A DNA stretch of 41,582 nt, from NCBI GenBank assembly GCA_022566265.1, contig JADFJG010000001.1, positions 63,647 to 105,228 of the forward strand, read 5' to 3'. Position numbers and translations under genes: made by a program. The notes under the pieces were generated by a model. The model worked only from the letters and a program-made list of their open reading frames with translations, was not told the DNA's origin and ran no database searches. The stretch comes from Pseudomonadota bacterium. GTDB taxonomy: Bacteria > Pseudomonadota > Alphaproteobacteria > SMXQ01. Shown here in pieces: positions 17,931 to 27,350 of this stretch. Within the stretch, counting starts at the first letter, position 1. Each line of letters begins with the position of its first letter.

Positions 17931-20156
17931 ATGATGAGGCGAGGATTGTGGGGCGTCGTATTCATGGTCATGGGCGTCGCATTGATGACCGTGGCCCCCT
18001 CGGTGAAAGTCACCGCCCAGGTTCCCGATGCCGTTCTGGCCTGGCCGGATATTTTATACGTCAATGGCAGGATCGTGACCTTCGATGATACCAAGGTGAA
18101 CGACAACCCCGGGTCCGTCGTCGAGGCCATGGCGGTGCGTGACGAGAAGATCCTGGCCCTTGGGTCCCGGCGCGATATCATGAAGATGAAGGGGCCGAAG
18201 ACCGAGGTGGTGGACCTCAAGGGCGCCAATGTCCTGCCCGGCCTCATCGACAGCCACAATCATATCCAGGGCCCGGCGGCGAGGCGGGCGACCAGCATCT
18301 TCAAGCTGTCCACCACGACACCAGGCTATTACGTGAGAATCAAGGTCGAGAAGACCCCCGAGGAGACCCTCGCCAAGATCAAGAAGGCGATCGACCAGCT
18401 GCGCGCGGCGGTGAAGGTGGGCAAGGATGACTGGATCAGCATCGAACTCAAACGCGACAAGAAAAAGGGCTACCCGTCGATTGCCACGGTTTCGCACCTG
18501 ATGGATACCAAGGACCCGAAGGACGCCAAGATCACCCAGCGGCACCTCGACGGGATGGTGCCCGATCGCATGTTCCTGGTCCATAGCGCGGCGGGGATTC
18601 AACGCCTGAGGCGCATAAAGATGAACCAATGGTTCCGGGTCGACCGGGGTCCCGACGGCAAGCCCATTAAGAAGCCGCTGTTCAAGATCAAGTTCTCGTG
18701 GCTGCCATGGCAATACCGCACACCGCCCGGACGCCCGATCCTGTCCGCCATGGCGCTCGATCACGAGCGTGGGATCATCGCCGCGGACACGCCGGCGAGC
18801 CACCGGATCAACCTTCTCAATTCCTATGGATATGAGCGCACCAAGGAGCTGTGGCCCGACATCGATGGGGCGCTGACCAAGGACGACCGGGGCATGAAGG
18901 ACGCGGCAAAACGGGGGCTGATCAAATCATCGCCCTTGCGCGGCGAGCTCCAGGATATCTGGAAGTCGAAGCCCACCCCGGCGCAATTCGCCGAGGGGGT
19001 CAAGTCGACCGCCTTCGACCGCATCTGGAAGCTTGGCGTCACCCAGATCAGCACCCGGCTCGACGAGCCGTTCGAGGTGGCGGGCTTCTACAATTTGTGG
19101 CGCGAGGAAAAACGCGTGCCGTACCGCATCGGCTGGCACTACGAACATCACCGGCTGCCCGCCGTGGGCCCGGAGGTTTCGCGGTCCCTCTACACCACCA
19201 TCGGCAACCAGTCGGTGGGCGCCGATTACAATGCCTGGGTCTGGCTGCTCGGCGTCGGCTCCGAGGGCGACGGCGATTCCGTCACCCGGGCCTGCCTCGG
19301 CCCCGATCTTCCGGCGCTTCCCGGCAAGGAAAAATACGTCAAGGAGGAACTCGAGCGCTGCCCGCCCTGGGTGAGGGGTGACAAGAAAAACCTCGGCCCC
19401 TTGGGCGAGGGCGTGTGGAAAGCCCTCAACACCGGCTGGAGGATGGTCGGCCTGCATGGCGTCGGCAGCCACATGATCCGGTTGTTCGTCGATCGGCTCG
19501 AAGAGGCGATGAAGATGAATCCCGATATGACGCTGGAGCGGGTTCGCGCCGCCCGGCACGGGTTCTCCCACGGGACGATGATCGGCAAGGTGCCGGAAGT
19601 GATGGCGATGGCCCGCAAATACAATCTCTACCTGCCGGTGGACGTGGCCCGCAGCATTCGCGACGAGACCGAGGCCATCGACGCGTTCTATGGCCCCGAA
19701 GGCTATGAGTTCCAGGCCCCGATCGCCAGCATGATCGATGCCGGCGTGAAGGTCCTGGCCGACGATGCCAGCTTCGAGGACGTCGAGGTCTTCGTCACCC
19801 GGAACAATCCGGATACCAAAAAGACCATGCAGCCCAAGGAGAAGATCGATCGTGTCACCTCCTACAAGCTGCACACCATCATTCCCGCCGAGTTCAATTT
19901 CTCGGATACGCTGACCGGCAGCCTGGAGGTCGGCAAGTTCGCCGACTTTATCGTCATCGACAGGGACTTCCTCGACACCAAGGCGGTGCCCGACGACAAG
20001 ATCGGCGATATCAAGGTGTTGATGACGGTGATATCCGGCGCCGTGGTGTGGACAAACGATGCCGCGCCCGAGGCGCTGAAGAAGTTGCCGCATGTCTATG
20101 GACGCCAATACAAGCTGCACCGGAAAGCAAAATACGCGTTGGGCAGCACGGGATAA
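17931..20156 (+). CDS. Exported metal-dependent amidohydrolase (Amidohydro_3/YtcJ-like), copy 1
   Basis: Signal peptide MMRRGLW...VTA/Q; VDLKGANVLPGLIDSHNH (HxH), GLHGVGS, HGFSH, GSLEVGKFADFIVIDRD, VLMTVISG. Confidence 0.88.
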   Translation: MMRRGLWGVVFMVMGVALMTVAPSVKVTAQVPDAVLAWPDILYVNGRIVTFDDTKVNDNPGSVVEAMAVRDEKILALGSRRDIMKMKGPKTEVVDLKGANVLPGLIDSHNHIQGPAARRATSIFKLSTTTPGYYVRIKVEKTPEETLAKIKKAIDQLRAAVKVGKDDWISIELKRDKKKGYPSIATVSHLMDTKDPKDAKITQRHLDGMVPDRMFLVHSAAGIQRLRRIKMNQWFRVDRGPDGKPIKKPLFKIKFSWLPWQYRTPPGRPILSAMALDHERGIIAADTPASHRINLLNSYGYERTKELWPDIDGALTKDDRGMKDAAKRGLIKSSPLRGELQDIWKSKPTPAQFAEGVKSTAFDRIWKLGVTQISTRLDEPFEVAGFYNLWREEKRVPYRIGWHYEHHRLPAVGPEVSRSLYTTIGNQSVGADYNAWVWLLGVGSEGDGDSVTRACLGPDLPALPGKEKYVKEELERCPPWVRGDKKNLGPLGEGVWKALNTGWRMVGLHGVGSHMIRLFVDRLEEAMKMNPDMTLERVRAARHGFSHGTMIGKVPEVMAMARKYNLYLPVDVARSIRDETEAIDAFYGPEGYEFQAPIASMIDAGVKVLADDASFEDVEVFVTRNNPDTKKTMQPKEKIDRVTSYKLHTIIPAEFNFSDTLTGSLEVGKFADFIVIDRDFLDTKAVPDDKIGDIKVLMTVISGAVVWTNDAAPEALKKLPHVYGRQYKLHRKAKYALGSTG

Positions 20157-20249
20157 GCGGAACCGATAAAAGGTATATTTTTGGCGGGGGTTCCCCGGTT
20201 TCCTGAAGCCCTCGGGAAAAATTATAAATTTCTGGGAAGGACGATCGAC

Positions 20250-22475
20250 ATGAAGAGGCGAGGATTGTGGTGCGTTGTGTTCGTGGTCATGGGCGTTGCC
20301 TTGATGACCGTGGCCCCCTCGGTGAAAGTCACCGCCCAGGTTCCCGATGCCGTCCTGGCCTGGCCGGATATTTTATACGTCAACGGCAGGATCGTGACCT
20401 TCGACAATACCAAGATGAACGACAATCCCGGGTCCATCGTCGAGGCCATGGCGGTGCGTAACGAGAAGATCCTGGCGCTGGGGTCCCGGGGCGAGATCAT
20501 CAAGATGAAGGGGCCGAAGACCAAGGTGGTGGACCTCAAGGGCGCCAATGTCCTGCCCGGCCTCATCGACAGCCACAATCATATCCAGGTCCGGGCGGGG
20601 GTCCGGGCGACGCAGATCTTCAAGCTGTCAACCACCACGCCCGGCTATTACGTGAGAATCAAGGTCGAGAGGACGCCCGAGGAGACCCTCGCCAAGATCA
20701 AGAAGGCTGTCGACCAGCTGCGCGCGGCGGTGAAGGTGGGCAAGGATGACTGGATCAGCGTTGAGCTGAAACGCGACAAGAAAAAGGGCTACCCGTCGAT
20801 TGCCTCGGTGTCATTCCTGATGGATGCAAAGGACCCTAAGGATGCCAAGATCACCCAGCGGCACCTCGATGAGATGGTGCCCGATCGCATGTTCGTGGTC
20901 CACAGCGCCGCCGGGATTCAACGCCTGAGACGCATCAAGATGAACCAATGGTTCCGGATCGACCGGGGGCCCGACGGCAAGCCCATTAAGAAGCCGCTGT
21001 TCATGATCAAGTTCTCGTGGCTGCCGTGGCAATACCGCACGCCGCCGGCGCGCCCGATCCAATCCGCCATGGCGCTCGATCACGAGCGTGGGATCATCGC
21101 CGCGGACACGCCGGCGAGCCACCGGATCAACCTTCTCAATTCCTATGGATACCAGCGCACCAAGGCACTGTGGCCCGACATCGATGGGTCGTTGACCAAG
21201 GATGCCCGGAGCATGAAGGACGCCGCCAAACGGGGGCTGATGAAATCATCGCCCCTGCGCCACGAGTTCATGGAGGTCTGGAAATCTAAGCCCACCCCGG
21301 CGCAGTTCGCCGAGGGGGTCAAGTCGACGGCGTTCGACATCATCTGGAAACTTGGCGTCACCCAGATCAGCACCCGGCTCGACGAGCCGTTCGAGGTGGC
21401 GGGCTTCTACAATTTGTGGCGCGAGGAAAAACGCCTGCCCTACCGCCTCGGCTGGCACTACGAGCAACACGCAATGCCTGCCATAGGCCCGGCGGTCTCG
21501 CGGTCCCTCTATACCACCATCGGCAACCAGTCGGTGGGCGCCGATTACAACCCCTGGACCTGGCTGCTTGGCGTCGGCTCCGAGGGCGACGGCGATTCCG
21601 TCACCCGGGCCTGTCTCGGCCCCGATCTTCCGGCGCTTCCCGGCAAGGAAAAATACGTCAAGGAGGAACTCGAACGCTGCCCGCCCTGGGTCAGGGGTGA
21701 CAAGAAAAACATGGGGCCGCTGGGCGAAAGCATGTTGAAAGCCCTCGACACCGGCTGGAGGATGGTCGGCCTGCACGGCATCGGCAGCCACATGATCCGG
21801 TTGTTCGTGCACAGGCTTGAAGACGCGATGAAGAAGAATCCCGACCTGACCCTGGAGCGGGTTCGCGCCGCCCGGCACGGGTTCTCCCACGGGACGATGA
21901 TGGGCAAGGTGCCGGAAGTGATGGCGATGGCCCGCAAATACAATCTCTACCTGCCGGTGGATGTGGCGCGAAGCATTCGCGACGAGACCGAGGCCATCGA
22001 CGCGTTCTACGGTCCCGAAGGCTATGAGTTCCAGGCCCCGATCGCCAGCATGATCGACGCCGGCGTCAAGGTCCTGGCCGACGATGCCAGTTTCGAGGAC
22101 GTCGGGGTGTTCGTCACCCGGAACAATCCGGATACCGGAAAAACCATGCAGCCCAAGGAGAGGGTCGATCGCGTCACGTCTTACAAGCTGCACACCATCG
22201 TTCCCGCCGAGTTCAATTTTTCCGAGACGCTCACCGGCAGCCTGGAGGTCGGCAAGTTCGCCGACTTTATCGTCATCGACAGGGACTTCCTCGATACCAA
22301 GGCGGTGCCCGACGACAAGATCGGCGATATCAAGGTGTTGATGACGGTGATATCCGGCGCCGTGGTGTGGACCCACGACGATGCGCCCGAGGCGCTGAAG
22401 AAATTGCCGCATGTCTACGGACGCCAATACAAGCTGCACCGGAAAGCAAAATACGCGTTGGGCAGCACGGGATAA
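20250..22475 (+). CDS. Exported metal-dependent amidohydrolase (Amidohydro_3/YtcJ-like), copy 2
   Basis: ATG at 20250 gives the same 2226-nt length as copy 1; same motifs; very similar sequence. Confidence 0.88.
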   Translation: MKRRGLWCVVFVVMGVALMTVAPSVKVTAQVPDAVLAWPDILYVNGRIVTFDNTKMNDNPGSIVEAMAVRNEKILALGSRGEIIKMKGPKTKVVDLKGANVLPGLIDSHNHIQVRAGVRATQIFKLSTTTPGYYVRIKVERTPEETLAKIKKAVDQLRAAVKVGKDDWISVELKRDKKKGYPSIASVSFLMDAKDPKDAKITQRHLDEMVPDRMFVVHSAAGIQRLRRIKMNQWFRIDRGPDGKPIKKPLFMIKFSWLPWQYRTPPARPIQSAMALDHERGIIAADTPASHRINLLNSYGYQRTKALWPDIDGSLTKDARSMKDAAKRGLMKSSPLRHEFMEVWKSKPTPAQFAEGVKSTAFDIIWKLGVTQISTRLDEPFEVAGFYNLWREEKRLPYRLGWHYEQHAMPAIGPAVSRSLYTTIGNQSVGADYNPWTWLLGVGSEGDGDSVTRACLGPDLPALPGKEKYVKEELERCPPWVRGDKKNMGPLGESMLKALDTGWRMVGLHGIGSHMIRLFVHRLEDAMKKNPDLTLERVRAARHGFSHGTMMGKVPEVMAMARKYNLYLPVDVARSIRDETEAIDAFYGPEGYEFQAPIASMIDAGVKVLADDASFEDVGVFVTRNNPDTGKTMQPKERVDRVTSYKLHTIVPAEFNFSETLTGSLEVGKFADFIVIDRDFLDTKAVPDDKIGDIKVLMTVISGAVVWTHDDAPEALKKLPHVYGRQYKLHRKAKYALGSTG

Positions 22476-22556
22476 ACCGAACCGATATAAAGACACTTTC
22501 GCTCCGTTCATACTTCGGCATGAACGGAGCGAAAATTTATCAGTGGGGGCAACGCT

Positions 22557-23567
22557 TTGACGACACAGGAACTGCGTGAAGGGCAGCTTTCGCTCGACGA
22601 AGTCCATTCCAAGATGAAGATGCTGGAGGCCGAGATCCACAAGCGCATCGTGGGCATGGACGAGTGCATCAAGTACACCCTGATCTGCCTGTATGCGGGC
22701 GGGCATATCCTGATCGAAGGGGTGCCGGGTCTCGCCAAGACCCTCTTGTTCAAGACCTTGGCCGAAGCGACCCACGAGGAATTTCGCCGCATTTCCTTCG
22801 CCGCCGACCTGCTGCCGAAGGACATCGTCGGGATCGAGCATTTCGATCCCGTCACCAAGCAGGTGGAACTGGTGGTGAAGGGGCCGATTCATACCAACAT
22901 CTTGCTTGCCGACGAGCTCAACCGCGCGCGCACCACTTCCAAGGGGTCGATCCTCGAACCGATGGAGGAGGGCCAGGTGACGACCGAGCTCGGCGGGACC
23001 TACAAGCTCGGCAAGATGTTCATGGTGGTGGCGACGCAGAACCCGGTGGAAGAGGAAGGCACGTTCGGTCTCGGACGCGCCGAGAGGGACCGCTTCTTGA
23101 TGATGGTGCCGATCGGCTATCCGACGCCGGAAGAGGAGGAAGCCATCATCCAACGCTACGGCGTCGAGGGCGGCATGCCCCCGGTCACTCCGGTGGTGGG
23201 CGAGGACGATATCCTGGCCGCGCGCCAGGCCATGCGGACACTGGTTCACGTGGAGCCCGCCATCGTCGGCAAGATCCAGCAGATCGTCAACCAAACGCGG
23301 CCCGAGCGGAGCTCGATCGACGAGGTGCGCCGGCTGGTCGAAATTGGCGGCGGCGGTTCGCCCCGGGCCGGCATCTATATTATCCAGTCCGCGCGCGTGC
23401 ATGCCGCTTTTCGGGGCAACGAATTCGTCACGCCCCAGGATATCGCCGAGGTGCTGATGCCGATCTTCCGTCATCGCATCGTCTTCAAGCCAGGCGAAGT
23501 CGAACCGGAGGACAGCGAAATGCGCATCGCCGAAATCGTCGACAAGGTCATCAGGGAAGTGCTGTAG
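22557..23567 (+). CDS. moxR: MoxR-family AAA+ ATPase (MxaR-like)
   Basis: GHILIEGVPGLAKT (Walker A), DLLPKDIVG, LLADELNRA (Walker B), VATQNPVEEEGTF, DRF, GSPRA, RHRI. Confidence 0.95.
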   Translation: MTTQELREGQLSLDEVHSKMKMLEAEIHKRIVGMDECIKYTLICLYAGGHILIEGVPGLAKTLLFKTLAEATHEEFRRISFAADLLPKDIVGIEHFDPVTKQVELVVKGPIHTNILLADELNRARTTSKGSILEPMEEGQVTTELGGTYKLGKMFMVVATQNPVEEEGTFGLGRAERDRFLMMVPIGYPTPEEEEAIIQRYGVEGGMPPVTPVVGEDDILAARQAMRTLVHVEPAIVGKIQQIVNQTRPERSSIDEVRRLVEIGGGGSPRAGIYIIQSARVHAAFRGNEFVTPQDIAEVLMPIFRHRIVFKPGEVEPEDSEMRIAEIVDKVIREVL

Positions 23568-23569
23568 CC

Positions 23570-24469
23570 TTGGACCGGAAGGAACTACTGCGCGAAATAC
23601 CCCGAACACCCATACGCTTCGTTCCGAGAAAACGGGTGGTCACCTTGCAGCCGGGGCAGTGGACCAGCCCCCATGAAGGCAAGGGATTCGAGCCCATGGG
23701 CTACCGGGACTTCGTGATGGGCGATGACCCGCGCCGCATCAATCTCCCGGCATCTTCGCGCCGCGGCACGCCGACGGTGGTCGAACGCGTGGCCCTGCGG
23801 GAGCTCAAAATGATGGTGGTGGTGGACCGTTCGGCGTCCATGGGGGTCCGCGACAAGCTCGCCATCCAGTTGCAAGCGGCCGCCCTTTTGCTGTATTCCG
23901 CGTGGAAATCGGACATGACGTTCGGATTGGCGGCGAGGACCGAGGACGGCCTGCTCGGCTTTGGCCAGGGATTGGGCTCGCGCCATTTCTATCGCCTCTA
24001 CCGCACTTTATGGACCCTCTTCGGGGACGCGGGGGACGGGCGGATAAAGGGCATACGCATGGCTCTGAGCCGGTGCCTGCCGCCCAACGCGATTCTCATT
24101 TACTGCTCGGATTTCCTCGACGGCCGGGGCAGCCTGGTCGACCTGTCCCATCTTGCCAAGGGCGGCCGGCGCTACGATTTCATCCCGGTGATCGTTCAGG
24201 ACGCCCTCGAATACAGTTTCCCCCTGGTCGAGAAAGGAACCTTCGTGAGCTTCGCCAATCCCGAGACCGGCGCGCGGGAAGAGGCATGGATATCGCCGAA
24301 AACGTCACAAAGGGTCCGCGCCACGCACGAGGCGCGGTTCAAGGAACTGACGACGGTGCTGGGCGTGCGCGGGGTCGGGTATCTTCACCTCGACAGTCCG
24401 CGACTGGGGGACATCGGCACCCGATTCAACCGGTTCTTCCAGCAACGAAAAAGCGGGGGGGCGGTGTGA
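23570..24469 (+). CDS. DUF58 protein (MxaS-like MoxR partner)
   Basis: TTG start 2 nt after the moxR stop; GKGFEPMGYRDFVMGDDPRRINLPASSR and VVDRSASM motifs. Confidence 0.88.
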   Translation: MDRKELLREIPRTPIRFVPRKRVVTLQPGQWTSPHEGKGFEPMGYRDFVMGDDPRRINLPASSRRGTPTVVERVALRELKMMVVVDRSASMGVRDKLAIQLQAAALLLYSAWKSDMTFGLAARTEDGLLGFGQGLGSRHFYRLYRTLWTLFGDAGDGRIKGIRMALSRCLPPNAILIYCSDFLDGRGSLVDLSHLAKGGRRYDFIPVIVQDALEYSFPLVEKGTFVSFANPETGAREEAWISPKTSQRVRATHEARFKELTTVLGVRGVGYLHLDSPRLGDIGTRFNRFFQQRKSGGAV

Positions 24470-26180
24470 TACCTTTCGCGCGCAGCCGCCTTGTCGTGTT
24501 CGCGGCGCTGGCCGCCGCCGGCGCCGTCTTGGCGGGCGGGCTGGTGGTCGGCTCCTCGATGATGGGCTGGCCGAGCCAGTTGTTCCGCTTCACCCAGGCG
24601 CCGCCCGAGGCGCTGCCCGAGGGCACCGATATCGCCGGTTGGGCGTCATTCGACCGCGACAGCTATTTTATCGGCGAAACCATACGATACCGGGCGCGCA
24701 TCCTGTATCGGCGTGACCGGATCGTGCCCAACCTCGATACCTTCATGCGCAGCCTGCCTTTCTTTCCATTCGAAAAGCGCCAAGGCTTCGAGTCCACGCG
24801 CGGGCTTGACGGCGATATCGAGGAGTATCGGCTCGATTACCTGTTGCACGGCGTGAAGGTCGAGCCGCCAAGGACCTACCAGCTGGACCCGGCGGTGGTG
24901 TTCTATCAGCCCAAGACCGCGTCCGCCGGTCAATTGCAATCGATCAGGATTCCGACGCCGGCCATCCATATCACCGAATATTATCCCAGGGACATTTCCG
25001 CGATCCCGCTACTGGCCCTCAAGGGGACGATCCACGACCCGGCCCGGCTCCGGCAATGGCTGATCGGGGTGAGCGGCGGAATCCTCCTGGCGTTCGCCGG
25101 TTTCCTGCCGTGGTGGTTCGCCCGCCGGCGCCGCGCGGATGAGCTTTCCGAGCCGGAACGTCTGTGGCGTGAGTTCCATGACATCGACCGCGCCTCTGCG
25201 ATGCGCGTGCCTACCTTCTCAGGTGCGAGCGTATTTTTTCGCGCCTTCTCCAGACCCGCACCCGAACCGGCCCCAGATCCTTGTGGGCGGGCGACTATCC
25301 CGAGGACGCGTTCTGGCAAGACGCCGCGGCAAGGGCCCATCGCGGCTTGCGGGACCTCTACCGGCGATCGGGTCTTTCCGAAGACGACGTGCGGCGGATA
25401 AGCGGGCTGCTCGACCTCGATGCCATTTTTTCCTCCATCGTCGCCGAGGACCGGCTGCGCCGGGAGAAGGAGCCGTCTTTCGCCGCCCGCCTGCGCCGGC
25501 AACCCCGGGTTCTCGCCGCCGCCGGGTTTTGCCTCGCGGTGGCGGCGCTGATGTTCGCGCTGGCGGCGCGGCCCGGGGTGTGGCTGTCGCCCGATGTGGC
25601 GCGCTATAACAAGGCCGTGGCGGCCTCCTCCGGCGACCTCCCGTTGATCGAGGATGCCTTCGCCATGTCGGCGCTCGGCAACCGGGTCGAGGACGGGACC
25701 ATCAAGGCGGCGGCGCTGTATAACGCCGGAACCGCGCTGGCGCATTTGAGAGAATCCCGCGACACGCCGCTCCGCGAGCAGGAGCTGTTCGAAGCGCTGT
25801 TCAATGAAAAGGCGTCCCTGGCGGCCTATCTCGACACCCCGGAAGAGGTCGAGCTGTTCCTCAAGAGCGAGAAGTGGCTGCGCCAGGCCGAGCGCCATCT
25901 GCAAGAGGCGGCGCGCGCGGATCTGGGCGATGAGGACATCCGCAGAAACCTGGAACTGGTGATCAAGCGGCACCGGGCCGTGTTGGGCGCGCTCAGGGCC
26001 TTGTTCGAGGCGGGCCGGGGGGGAGGAGCCGCCAGGAAGGGCGCCAAGGGCATCAAGCTCAAGGACTCCCAACGCAAGGCCATTGTCGACGTACTCAACA
26101 TGAAGTGGCCGGACAAGTTCAGGGACGAGAAGGGCGAAGGCAAAAAGGACACGGGCTACGGTGTCTCGGAGCATTATTAA
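24466..26180 (+). pseudogene. Membrane protein, MxaA/BatD-like N-terminus fused to an MxaK/BatC-like TPR C-terminus; one apparent frameshift at ~25200
   Basis: GTG start overlaps the DUF58 TGA. The first frame gives TM-DSYFIGET...-TM up to REFHDIDRAS. The -1 frame continues DARAYLLRCERIFSRLL...TM...ALYNAGT...LQEAARADLGDEDIRRNLELV to the stop at 26180. It could be a sequencing error or two separate genes. Confidence 0.65.
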
Positions 26181-26222
26181 GACACCCCGCGCGACGGCGG
26201 GGCTTCAAGGTGTGACCAGGCG

Positions 26223-27350
26223 GTGAATGTCATCGGCGACATCATCGATTCCGTGAGTTTCACCGCCCCCGCGGGGTTCCTGGTGAGCCTTCCTTTCTTT
26301 GCGCTGATTGGCTGGCAACTGGCCAATCGCGGCGGACGCGGCACGGTTGCCCTCACCGGACTGGAGTATCTTTCCGCCCATAGCTGGTTTTCCGCGGCGC
26401 CAAGACGGTGGCTGCGCGCCGGGCTCTGGGGGCTGCTGGCGGCGGCGATCGGCGTGCTCTGGGCGGGCCCGGTGGTTCACTCGGACCGGCCCCTGTTCGC
26501 CGGCGCCAACCAGACCGTTCACAAGAATTTCGTCCTGTTGTTGGACATCTCGCGGTCGATGACCGTTTCTCTGGGCCAGGAGAAAAACGTCTCCCTTCCC
26601 GGCCAACCGGCACCACCGCCAACGGACGGCGGCAAGGACAAGAAGGACAAGAAGGAGAAGGTGCCGCGTTATCAGGCCGCGCGCGAAGCCCTGATGGATT
26701 TCGTCGCCCGATTCGACGGTGAGCGCATCGGGCTTATCCTGTTCAGCACCGAACCGATCCTGGCCCGCTGGCCGACGGTGGAAACAGAGAACCGGTTCTG
26801 GGAGGTCCTCGAGGAAGACATCGGCCAAGGCGTGGACTCCCAGATCCAGGCCTTTTCGTCCTTGACCAATACCAACAAGGCGCTCGCCCTGGCGCGCGAC
26901 GTGTTCGCCAGCCAGGATGTCGTCGGCGACGGCGCCGTCATCTTGATTACCGATGCCGAGGACGACGTGCGGAACATCGGCGTGGCCGCCCGCAACCTGC
27001 GAAAGGACGGGATCAGGCTCTATATCATCGGCGTCGGCATCTCCCAGAAAATCGCCGACGGCCTGTCGCGGGACTTCGCCGCCGATCCGGGATTCCGGAT
27101 ATTCCGGGTCGATTCCGAGAGTGAGATGCGCGAAGCCTATAGGCTGGTCGGCGAGGTCGAGGAACTGCCCCGGTTCAGGCTGAACCGGAAAGAATTCACC
27201 ACCGACATCCGTTGGATCCTGGCGCTCGCCGTGATGGTGTTGGCGGGCGCCATCCTCTGCATCCTTAACGTCGCCTTCCACCAGTCGCCAGCCGCGGGTG
27301 GAAGCGTGGCCAATGCCGAAGGGGGCCGCCATGGGCTTCGCATTTCCTGA
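26223..27350 (+). CDS. Membrane-anchored VWA-domain protein (MxaC/BatA-like)
   Basis: Two N-terminal TMs; MIDAS LLDISRSM, RIGLILFS, TNTNKAL, ILITDAED; C-terminal TM. Confidence 0.9.
   Translation: MNVIGDIIDSVSFTAPAGFLVSLPFFALIGWQLANRGGRGTVALTGLEYLSAHSWFSAAPRRWLRAGLWGLLAAAIGVLWAGPVVHSDRPLFAGANQTVHKNFVLLLDISRSMTVSLGQEKNVSLPGQPAPPPTDGGKDKKDKKEKVPRYQAAREALMDFVARFDGERIGLILFSTEPILARWPTVETENRFWEVLEEDIGQGVDSQIQAFSSLTNTNKALALARDVFASQDVVGDGAVILITDAEDDVRNIGVAARNLRKDGIRLYIIGVGISQKIADGLSRDFAADPGFRIFRVDSESEMREAYRLVGEVEELPRFRLNRKEFTTDIRWILALAVMVLAGAILCILNVAFHQSPAAGGSVANAEGGRHGLRIS

Larger units (their letters stand above)
17876..22500 (+). repeat. Tandem duplication, period 2319 bp, covering the leader, amidohydrolase gene and 3' flank
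   Basis: ATGs at 17931 and 20250. Leaders align (gaaaaaattatcaatatctagggaaggacaatcgacATG vs gaaaaattataaatttctgggaaggacgatcgacATG), as do the 3' flanks (ggataagcggaaccgataaaag vs ggataaaccgaaccgatataag). Confidence 0.95.

Noticed and set aside
22664-23569. Apparent 300-aa N-terminal extension of the DUF58 ORF
   Set aside because: Off-frame overlap with moxR; a TTG start at 23570 gives a normal-sized DUF58 protein.
21246-23609. 787-aa minus-strand ORF, and similar long ORFs at 28575-30665, 34179-35726, 39511-41148, 5330-6889 and 3559-5298
   Set aside because: Shadow or alternative frames of well-supported genes, as expected in high-GC DNA; no motifs.
25182-25240. Programmed -1 ribosomal frameshift
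   Set aside because: No in-frame X_XXY_YYZ heptamer at the crossover; the nearby T6 run lies after the point where the -1 frame already looks protein-like. A mutation or sequencing error is simpler.
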